Assembly: GCA_905178155.1 (NCBI GenBank)
Contig: CAJINV010000017.1
Span: 1,046,722 to 1,110,721 of the forward strand
Source of the DNA: Amoebophrya sp. A120
Taxonomy: Eukaryota; Protista; Dinoflagellata
Reading direction: 5' to 3'
DNA: 64,000 nucleotides
Shown: piece after piece, positions 48,458 through 58,377 of the stretch
Layout: every line of letters starts with the position of its first letter
Numbering within the stretch: position 1 is the stretch's first letter
The notes under the pieces: model-generated
Database searches by the model: none
Told to the model about the DNA's origin: nothing
The model's input: the letters and a program-made list of their open reading frames with translations, nothing else
Program-made: the position numbers and the translations under genes

Positions 48458-49667
48458 TGTTGAAAAGGTGTATCAATATAATTCAAAACCAAATGCCACC
48501 TGCTCCAGCACAGCACTACTGCTAGGGCCACGGCCACGACCACGGCCACGACCTCTATACTGTTTTCTAATAATATAAAAATTGAAGAAGAGCGAGCTCC
48601 TTTTGCTTAAGTATAGAACTTATTTTTGTATCAAAATATAAATTTTCTGACTCCTTGTTGCGCAAGCCAGCAGCTCCTCAGGCTCGTCGACGACGTCAAC
48701 TACAATTACGCCTCCTTTTTGGTAATGATAATTCTGAATAAGAATTTGAATCACTAACAAGAAGCCTGTGCACAATTATGATAGAAATACCCCCGTAAGT
48801 AATCAAGTATGTAGCGACGAGTTGATGATGTCAGTGGTGGTTTTTTGTGTACATTATAAATGCAAAACCAACAGTGATTGATGAAGATGGTGTTTGCACA
48901 CCTGGCCGCTACTCTCAAAAAGTTTTGCATCACCATCCCGCTCATTGGTGAGAACTAACCTGCCACGACCGAGGACTGCTTTCGCTTTCGCAATTGTTTC
49001 AGCCGAATTTTTGTTGTTGCAAATCAATCGCAACCGAGCTCCCAGCTGCTGCAGACGAGTCTGTAGATCATCTACATCATCAACATCATGCAGCGGACTT
49101 TTTTTATTATCGTGTTCAGTAAATATGAAAAAAGCTTACGACTGCGATCATTCAGAACAACGTCAAAGCATCATCATAAATGAGATTGCTCGAGGTTCAA
49201 GGTCTTTGCTTCAGTATGATCCAGGTCTTGCAGCCGTAAACCATCGGCGTGACTTTGTTGCTGCGCCGATTCCAAAAGTCACCATCTGAACATCTTGAAC
49301 AACAACAAAATTTTCATCATGATGCTCATGCTCGCCGCACCTAGATCAATGACGATGATGATGAAGAAGAAGGTCTACTTGTTGCGCTTCATCATCTACT
49401 TCTTTATTATTCGTTTTTTCATATTCATTTGCTGCGGTCAAGTCCAATTGTAAACGACATGACTCACAACCAACACATTTTCAGCGACCTTGTATCTTCG
49501 CCGCCTCCTCGGGCGGGGTATAAATGCGAGCCCTTTGTGAACTATGTGCCAAAGTCGAACATAATTACAACTACTACTGCCATTACTATTTTTCACAATG
49601 TCCTCCTTGCTCGTCCCACCACCGCAAAGATCCGCCACCGACAGGAGGGCTCGATTTCAACCCCCGG

Positions 49668-50072
49668 CGTTCCAAGACGCAGCCACGAGGAAACAGCCTG
49701 GTCAGCAACCGGTTCTTCAATAGTATTGGCAAATGAAACTTGCCTCCCACACCATCAAAAGTCAACCACTCTTCATATTCTTTCGTAGACCATCTGCGAT
49801 ATATCGCAGATGGTCTTGGTCATGCATTTTCATATTGTCATGTTGACTTTTGGTGAGGTTGGAAGCAAGTTTTCCTATCATAATCGCGGCGGCTCCAGTC
49901 GTCGCAGACGGCCAAGTCGACAGTTTCGGCGGAGACGAAAAATTTCGAAATTTACAAATTTTTCATTAAGAATTAATTAATTTTTTATTTAGTTTTTAAA
50001 TAGCTATTTTTTTCATGAAAAAAGTGAAATTCTATTGTAACAGTTGAGATTGTAACAGCTGAGCAGGCTATA
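49668..50072 (-). repeat. Right TIR of the giant element
   Basis: Reverse complement of 32032-32436. Ends ...GATTGTAACAGCTGAGCAGGCTATA. Confidence 0.95.
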
Positions 50073-50448
50073 TTTGTCAATTCTTCATTCTACAATTGTT
50101 CGTGTTCCTACTAACAGACCAGGCCTTTCTGTCAGTTAAAGGCGCATTGCATAATTAGTAGAACGAAAACTATGATTTTTGCTTACCTCGCTGACGAAGC
50201 TATTGACACGTCCAAATCGAGTAGATCTTGTCTCGATACCTTGATTTTTACCCTGACTTGACTGCGTAAGTATTTACACCATTTGTTGTTTACCACGACC
50301 CTCTACTTACAACTACTTCTCTAGTCTTGGCTTCAACTTCATGATCGGCCTTCTTTACTAATTGAGCACCCTCAACGTCAAGCCTTCTGGTGCCTCTTAT
50401 TGTTGTAGCTACCCCTTGTCTATAATATTTCTACCTTCCATTCTTTTG

Positions 50449-51256
50449 ATGTTCGCTCCCACGTCCAGCACATCCGCAACCGCCCGCGTCCGCCTCACGC
50501 AGCTCGCCCAACAGATCACCAGGAAACCTAGCGGCAACTTGACGATTGGCAAGACTCCGCTCCTGACCTCCGCCAGAATGGTCGCTAGCAGCTCGTCTTC
50601 CACATCCTGGCTGAGGGGCACAGCACAGGAAAGCGTGGACGCAGCAATTCGAGACAAGTACAACATAGAACTGAACTTTGAGTTTTATCGACATTGCGTT
50701 TATTTATTTTTTGCACGCGAAGTAGCATAAAATATTACCACTTGACGTTGACGCCCTCCTAATGTTTGCCAGCAATAAAAAATCGAAAAACAGCAAGCTG
50801 GTCGTTTTTTCGAAGGAATGGTGCCCCTTTTGCCGTAAAGCCAAGGATACGCTGCAGACGATCCTCGACAGCGACACCACGAAGTACAAAGTCCTGGAAC
50901 TTGAGTCTGTGGACCGACGGTCGCTGGTGGCCCCCCTGCATCTGGACGACATTCAGGACTATTTCAAGCAGCTTGCGGGCACCCGCACCGTGCCCAAAGT
51001 TTTTCTGGAGGGAAAGTGCCTCGGCGGCGGGGACGAAATGGTATCCATGGCGCGCACGGGCCAGCTGCAGGCACTGCTGAAGGAAAGCGGGCTCTTAGCT
51101 AGAAACGACGCCGGCGAAGAGCAGAAGAGCGGGAACGGGGGCGCGGGGCAGGTGAAGGCGGCGGCAGGAGGGCAGAATGTCCGCTATTTTCGGAACGGGG
51201 CAAAAGTGGAGAGACCCATTGAAGGGCTTTCAGCATTTGCGGCGGCCTCGAAATGA
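50449..51256 (+). CDS. Dithiol glutaredoxin (CPFC) with an N-terminal extension resembling a mitochondrial presequence; exons 50449-50657, 50794-51256
   Basis: VVFSKEWCPFC, RTVPKVFL..KCLGGGDE. One GT-AG intron at 50658-50793. Confidence 0.85.
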
Positions 51257-52145
51257 TCTATCAAATGAACAATCTTCGAATGCACCAGCGCCAAGTAGCA
51301 GCTCCCTGTAGCACTACTGCGGTAGAGATTGAACAAAAGGAAAAGCTCAAAGTGGTAGATTGCGTGAGATTGTATATCCACAATGGAACGTTTCACCGCA
51401 TGTTGAGCCACGACCTGGGTGGTGGTGCTGGCGGTCTTGTTCTGAATACGTGAAGATCGCTCTTTGGTGGAGCAGGAACCTAGTGGAAATAAGTGGTCGT
51501 GGTTCTACTCAGCCTAAGTGATCGCTTGGAAGATAAACGGGCGTGCTTCTGTCTCAGAGTCTTCTTCAGTGACGTGTAAAAAGAAGAAGCATGTTGAATT
51601 ATCGTCTCGCCTGTTTGTTTCGTTGTGGAAGTGTAAGAAATCGTGCTGCTCTGACTGTTCCTGTTGTAGTAGATATTAATAATAGAATATGGGTCATCGT
51701 CCAGCAATCGAGAAGGGGAAGATGTCGTATGAGAGTGCACAGCACCCTCTTCTACTCATTTGAGAGGCATGCCACCGCGTAGCATCACAGACGACATCGG
51801 AAATCTTGTACTATTGTCAGGTTTGGGGCTCTGGACAAACGTGCTACTGTTACTGATATGGAAAGATATGTCGTAGACGAACTACATTTTTCCTTGTCTC
51901 GGGTCGTCATCGTGAGATTAGGTTCGTATCGAGTAAGTCGATAGATACGTACTATTGACCAGTTGGCTCATGTCTGCCTATTTGGATGGAAAGAGTAAAG
52001 GCAAGAAGGCTAAATAGCAAATCTACTAGTATTAAACTACCGAAACTGCGCGCCGGCAGTATTTCTATTTCGAACATTTGAGCTTCTTTCCTCGTAGTAC
52101 TACACTGTGAGGCCTTTTATAAAGCGACATAGCCGCATCTCCAAA

Positions 52146-54550
52146 ATGGGACGCGGCCGCCGAAAATGTTTTTTCGCACGACCGGCCAGCACCGCAGTGG
52201 CAATTTTCATCGCGACGTCGGCCTTGTCTACTTGGGCACCGACGTTCTTTTCGATGAGTGGCCTAGGGCCTGTTGCCGCCTTGCGAGAACATGAACAGTT
52301 CGTGGAGGAGGAGTTTAGTACGGAGGCCGCAGCCGCAGCAGAGCATTTGCAGGACCAGCATCGTCATCAGTTGTCGAGTGGAAATCACCTCCGGGCCGCG
52401 GGGGCGGTCGGCGGATTCACATCATCTAGCACCAGTTCATCGATCTCCGAAAATAAAGCTCAACAAGATATTCCTATTCGCCACCTCCACGCACTGACCT
52501 TGACGCCCGATGGGAGATCTTCTACTTCGAGTTCGTTCCTCGCAACTGAAGCAGAAAATGAGAATGAGCAAAACGACGGAAATTTACTGTCAGCTACTTC
52601 CGACAATGGTGGCTCGAAGTTCGAGGAGCAGGTGGGCGATGACCATGAGCATCACGAGCACGACAAGCCAAGAAGCTCTACTAGCCCATCTTTACCATCC
52701 TGGGTCAAGGACACTGCGAAGGACACGGTGGAGTCGGCGATTCAAAAAAAGTATAATTTTTTAATCGAGGTTCTCGTTGTCTCTTCATCTTCTGTTTCTA
52801 CAATTGAAATTGAAGTCAACCTCGAGGTCGAGTCACAGATGGAGTCCACCAGAAAAGTTGGAACGAAGTTCGTTTTTTAACAGAGGGCGACAAACCACGA
52901 AAATGAATAAACAGCAAACTCGTCATGTTTTCCAAGGCCTGGTGTCCGTACTGCAAGAAAGCGAAAAAGGCTTTGCAAAACGCCCTGAAAGAAGCCGGAT
53001 CGCATACGCAGCTGACGGTCATTGAGCTCGAGGACGAAAACCATCAGTCCCCGCTGCTCGTCGGCACGTCGTCCACAACAAAATTTTCCGCTTCCGACGT
53101 CCAGAGCGAGCTTCAGAGCCTCGTCGGGTCGCGAACCGTGCCCAAAGTTTTTCTGGATGGCCGGTTTCTCGGGGGCGGTGACGAAATAGTGGCGATGTAC
53201 ACGAGCGGCGCGTTGAAACACTTTCTGCAAGACAACGGTGGATATCAAGTGCAAATCCAAATATGTCTGGGTCTGGACAATAAATGCCATGTTTGTCATG
53301 CATATTTTACATGACCCATGGTGTGTCTGTGTTGCATCCCCTAGCATCACAAATTCTGCGAGGGTTTTCTGATGCTCATACCGTATGAGAAATGCCTTCT
53401 CCGCGTAGCAAAAACTGGAGCATTTTTGCTGTTCATGCAAGACAGATTTCATGTAAGGCCCGAAGGTGGGATGACAAGTTGCCTCCTTCCAGACCACCCA
53501 AACACATTTGCTGCAATCGATAGTGGACTGCTGAAGGGAACCGCAACGGAGACGATCGACTCCGTGATTCGGGAAAAGTACTGCACAATTTTCTTTTTTT
53601 TCATGCTCTAGCTGTAGGAAGTACTTTGAGGTGATATTAAGTTTTCTGAAAAAACATCTTCATCACGTCCGCTTGTCTTGCTTCAACTGTTCTATCTTAC
53701 GACTCGATAGCTCAACCAGAAAGGAAGACGCGCACGCGCGACGTGGTCGACATCATGATTATCCGATGAAAGAGAAAGTAAGTACTTAACTCGTTTCATC
53801 ATCAAGCACTGGTGATCTACTACTATTCCAAAACTACAGCAACCTGGTGCTGTTTTCCATGGGTTGGTGTCCGTTTTGCCAGAGGGCGAAGGAGGTTCTC
53901 CGTGGGAGCGTGTTGCACGGGGACATTCCGTATGATTTGCAAAAGTATCGTACTCGTATAAATGCATGACAAATTCCCTCAGCATGAGAAATAGAGTTTG
54001 TAAATGCGGATTTAGCTTAAGAACAGTAATGCATATTTGCAATTACTACGAGTGCGATACTTTTGCACGGGGACATTCCGAAGTTGGTGGTGATCGACAT
54101 ACAGGACAAAGACTCGAAATCCCTGGTTGAACCCCTGGACGTGAACGATTTCATGAACTACCTGGCAGAAATTACCGGCAGGGGAACGAATGTGCCGAAA
54201 GTTTTCCTCGACGGCCACTTGCTAAAGGGCGAGCAGTATGGTACTCGGCAAAAGTTGTACGTAGTATCGCAGGTCGTGTATAATGGTAATGCATGCAACT
54301 ACAGAGAAGTCGTCTTGCAGGACCTCAAAGACGTCGAAGATGCCCCCAGCTCGACGAAAAATATCAAATAAGGCTCTTCGTCGGGGGTGAAAATGAATAT
54401 TCCAACAGTGCCTGCATAGCATGCGATACAAGACGAGCTTTTGCGATGCATATGATCGACGAAGTCAGCGTGGACAAGTTGGACAAAACTGGAGAGCTGA
54501 AAGATATTTTGAGAAGCAGTGAGTGTCAAACGTGCAACGACGACAAATAA
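52146..54550 (+). CDS. Two-domain glutaredoxin (CPYC + CPFC) with an N-terminal signal/anchor-like segment
   Basis: VMFSKAWCPYC...RTVPKVFLDGRFLGGGDE and VLFSMGWCPFC...TNVPKVFLDG. GT-AG introns at 52751-52914 and 53578-53839, plus three introners. Confidence 0.8.
53243..53522. mobile_element. Introner (gtctgggtctggaa family)
   Basis: tatcaagtgcaaat...tgtctgggtctgga / tccagacc...atttgctgcaatcgata. Perfect TSD GTGGA. Excision gives DNGG|LLKG. Confidence 0.85.
53931..54075. mobile_element. Introner (related to 7864-8039)
   Basis: TIR core tgcaaaagtatcgtactcgta / tacgagtgcgatacttttgca. TSD TTCCG lies within an 18-nt direct repeat. The 150-nt intron gives HGDIP|KLVVID. Confidence 0.85.
54237..54452. 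mobile_element. Degenerate introner
   Basis: tatg...gcaaaag...gtatcgca / tgcgatac...cttttgc...cata. No recognisable TSD, but removing element + 5 nt restores the frame into DEVSVDKLDKTGELKDIL. Confidence 0.6.
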
Positions 54551-55512
54551 CAAAGCGAACAAACGTATGCTGAAGAATGGCAGGAGGACAGTGTGGTCTT
54601 CACCTTCAGTGGTGATCATCATAATAAATAATTCGAAATTTATTTACTGTCGCCACTGCGCCCTCGACGGGATTGCGCTTGTTCTTCTGCATGTTTTCAA
54701 GAACACTGTCAGGCGTGTTCGCAAGAGATGAGAGCACCATCGTGCAACTGCAAGAAGAACGACAGCGGAAAATGGGCGGTTTTGATCTGTGTCTTTAGAA
54801 CTCTTTTAATGTCCACCGACTCAGGATGGATCATGGCGCTTTATTGCGGAAAACGAAGCTAAGTAGAAGTACTCACTGGTGCGTCCAGTCGCATATACAG
54901 GAGCCGTACTGTACTAGAATACTTTCACTTTGCGATGCACTGACTTTCGAACGAGGAGAAGAAAGTAGTGCACTGGTGCTGACACAACACCAAAGATCAA
55001 CGTGTAAACAAAGATAATTTCTGATGTACCATCTAGCAAGAAGGCTACAAGATAAAAGCGTAGGAGCGCGCTTGATCCAGCACAGGATTACCTTTTATCA
55101 GAAAAAGAGGATTTTTCTCTTGGCGAAAACGAAAATGATAAAAAAGGTAAAGCCAATGCCGCTTATGCTGGAGAATAAAAGAGACACGCTGTCCATTGGA
55201 GGCAATTGTCTCCGCAACAAGGTTAAGGTAGACAGAAAAAGGGTACTCTCGAACGCCTTCATCCGGAGAATTCCATTCGAACAGACACAGGGAAATTTAT
55301 GTTGTTTTCGTCTCATGATAGTCATTCAGAATTCATATATAGAGTTATTTGCGATCATCGTCCCAGTTTGTTTATTGTTTTTCGCCTCGTAGTGATCATC
55401 CCTGTAGGATATCAATCTGTTGTCTTGCTCTTATCTTAATCGCACCAGAACAAGCAGAATTTCGATACCTTGTCTATATAAAAAAATGTAAAGCTCCTGC
55501 TTCGCCCAAGAC

Positions 55513-56730
55513 GTGGTAGGTGGTGGCCAGCCACTGCCACAAGCACCAGCACTGAACAAAGACACAAAGTTAGCGAAATCAGCTCCACAAGCACTATCCT
55601 TTGTCAGCGATAAAATCGCAACAAGAAGAACAAGCGCTACCCTAAAAGGTCAAATAAGAGATCTATGTCAACCACCTTCCAGCGAGCATGCCGTGCGCCG
55701 GGCGCTTCTGCAGTATTGTCGCGCCCCCCCGTCACGCAGGGGGGGGGGGCGGAGACGCACAGGACGAGGCGCTGCAATGCTCGCGCTTTTTTGTGTCTCT
55801 CGTTTTTTTGGCACTTTGTTAACCAAGAACCACGACGACCACGCTGCAGATTTCGCTTACGCTGGCGCAGCGACCGCGATGAGCGATTTGCCGTATTATT
55901 GTTATGCTTCTATTTCCACGCCAATAGAGTTGCACTTGCACAGCCAGGGTCGCCCGCCCCTATTGCAGCGAGTTCCGATACTGCTGCAGTCAGGAATCTT
56001 TGGAAACGCTTATGAAGGAAATAGTCCGACGGTCCGCCGGGCTGCAGCGACATCAAATGTACAGCATTTCCACCAGAGCGCATCGCACAAAGTCGAAGGC
56101 GGGTCGTCAGGCTACGAGTCCAGCGGAGAGGCCGCCAAGACGTCGACAAGCAGCGCCAAGAAGACGCTTTTGGAAAGCAACGCCGAGCTGAACAATGCGG
56201 ACTGCCTTGAGGCATTATACTCGCAGCAGCTCTACTGTCTCGCAAGTGCGCCATTTGGTGTTAAGACGCTTCCACGTCGTTGTCAAGGAAGGCGCGGGCG
56301 GTTGCTTTCTCTTTCCGAAGCAGGCACGAGTTCTACAGCAGATAGTCAGCCCCCTCCTGCTGGGGGGCTGCGGAGGGTTGAAGCCTGCTCATACCTCGGA
56401 AGTTTGGGCATACCAAGCTCGCAGGAACCTAGCGAGCAGCGTGCCCCGTGCATCTTTTTCAGCGAGGCAGCAGAGCCGGCGCCATCGCCGTTAGACAGCG
56501 GGAGCGGCTCTCGTACTGGTGCTGGATGCGTGAACTCTATCCCGCCGATGAGGACATACCAGGGGCAGGGAGCTGCAGGAGACGGAGACTCCGACAGCGA
56601 GCCAGGCTTTTTAGCTCGAGCGTTAGGGCTGCGCTCCGGCTTCAGCAGGGCGACGAGTTGCGGCAGCGACTCGGGCGCAGCAGAACCGCCATCGAACTCC
56701 TGTCACACTACCGCGTGTTCCGGGGTTTAG
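55513..56730 (+). CDS. ORF of unknown function (405 aa, start uncertain)
   Basis: Only ORF length and orientation support it; no recognisable motif. Confidence 0.35.
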   Translation: MVGGGQPLPQAPALNKDTKLAKSAPQALSFVSDKIATRRTSATLKGQIRDLCQPPSSEHAVRRALLQYCRAPPSRRGGGRRRTGRGAAMLALFCVSRFFGTLLTKNHDDHAADFAYAGAATAMSDLPYYCYASISTPIELHLHSQGRPPLLQRVPILLQSGIFGNAYEGNSPTVRRAAATSNVQHFHQSASHKVEGGSSGYESSGEAAKTSTSSAKKTLLESNAELNNADCLEALYSQQLYCLASAPFGVKTLPRRCQGRRGRLLSLSEAGTSSTADSQPPPAGGLRRVEACSYLGSLGIPSSQEPSEQRAPCIFFSEAAEPAPSPLDSGSGSRTGAGCVNSIPPMRTYQGQGAAGDGDSDSEPGFLARALGLRSGFSRATSCGSDSGAAEPPSNSCHTTACSGV

Positions 56731-58377
56731 TACTCGGTTGCTTGGGTAAAAAAGGTGTGAGTGTCGAATCATGCCAGTGAAAATGAAAGTAACTGTATCG
56801 AGCACACACGAAGCCTCCCGATTACAGTAAGTTGCACAGCCTAGTAGCAAGGAAACGTGGACCACACGACCGCCAGCGTGGGTCACTCGCGAGTACGAAC
56901 CGGGTAGAAGAAAGAAAGAATACAAAAAGTATAATGATTTACAGTAATTATCCCTACGGAGAAGTGCCGGCTATGGAGTGCTTTTTGTGTTTTGTTCTTT
57001 TCGAAGAGTCGGCACTAGCACAAGAGCTCCAAATTCGATTTCGAACTCAAATATAATGACGCGCCATAGTCAAAATATCATGACTGTGCCTGTAGTTGTG
57101 CCAAACTCAAACTACACAATGTATGAGACGCACCACCTTCTGGGCCTCTACTGCCTTCTTCAAAATTTTTCCAATTTTGCCTGCCTTATGTAGGAGAACC
57201 ATGTATTTGGATGTTGAATGTGACCGTGCGACGAGAAGTGCTGCCTGCACATGGGCCGGTCTTTTTGATATTCTACCTGACTTCTTCTCCTGACTATGTA
57301 TGCACCACTACGACCACCACAAAAATGGGAGGCAAGATTTGGACTCCTACTTACCTACCAACAACTATGAGCTTGTCAAAATACCCTTTGCCGTGCAACA
57401 TTGATTCTGACCCCTTTCAGGGGCGTCGTGTTGACCATAGGCAGTATGAGTTTACGATGGTACTGGAGATCTCTCAACAAAATTTTACCGCCTAAATATT
57501 GGTTTTCTAAAAGTGCTTCGCTTTGTTTTGTTTACGTGTGCAGTGCAACTTTTCTACATCGCTACGAGCGAGGATTCGCAAGAAACGCACTGACTTGCGA
57601 ATGCTTTCCGAAACACTACTCGGCTCGACTTGACTGGACTGGCGTTGCATCCTCAGGCGAGCTACGACATCGAAAAGGAAGATTTAGATATTATCGTTTA
57701 GAGCTACTAGAGGAGTACTACTCAAGATAAAAATATGTCCCTACTGTAGAAGGGAAGAAACGATGAACGAGAAAAGCAACAAAGAGTGCTCTGATGTAAA
57801 TGCTTAGAATCGCGCTTGGTGTCCTTTCTACACGGAAAAAAACAGACTTCTCTTGGAGAAACAAACCGCAAAGGATAAAGAAGGTAAAGTCATGAAGATT
57901 TCAAAGCAAGACTGAGTTAGCTGATGGAAGACGGAAGAAACACGCCTAACCGTTCCACACAAATGAGTGACGAAGGTTTTCTGCGCGCTTGCTGTGCCGC
58001 TGCCGGCCGCGGAGGTATTTCTAAACTGTTGAGTGAACGAGCGGCATATCCGGAGTTTCGCTGTGCTCGGGTGTACTCACTTGTCAGCTTTTTCTTGAGG
58101 ATGAGTTTTTTATTGCTGATGGAGCCACCGTGTCCATGATCGTGACCGAAACCGTAAGACAGGAAGTAGTTTACGAAGTAAATTGTATGAGCGCAACTGC
58201 TCCTACGTGTACGTACAAGCTTATGGTTATGACGACTAGTTGAGCTAAGTGGAAAAATCTTATTGTCTTCAGAGTGGAAAGAAAAAGATGCGTCTATCCG
58301 TGTGCAGTTCGTCGTCTCTTGTGACGACTCGTGCACACCAGCAGCTCGAGATCATCGGCAAAGCGAGATGCTCGTGC

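Larger units (their letters stand above)
32032..50072. mobile_element. Giant (18,041 bp) TIR DNA transposon with cargo genes
   Basis: 405-bp TIRs with about 3 mismatches by eye. Perfect 5-bp TSD TTTGT at 32027-32031 and 50073-50077. Contains at least three genes. Confidence 0.93.

Noticed and set aside
32032-50072. Polinton/Maverick or endogenous virus (size and long TIRs fit)
   Set aside because: No pPolB, packaging ATPase, capsid or protease motifs were recognised. The ends are not (AG)n/(AGT)n and instead match the introners. HSDQGS alone is insufficient to call a retroviral-type integrase.
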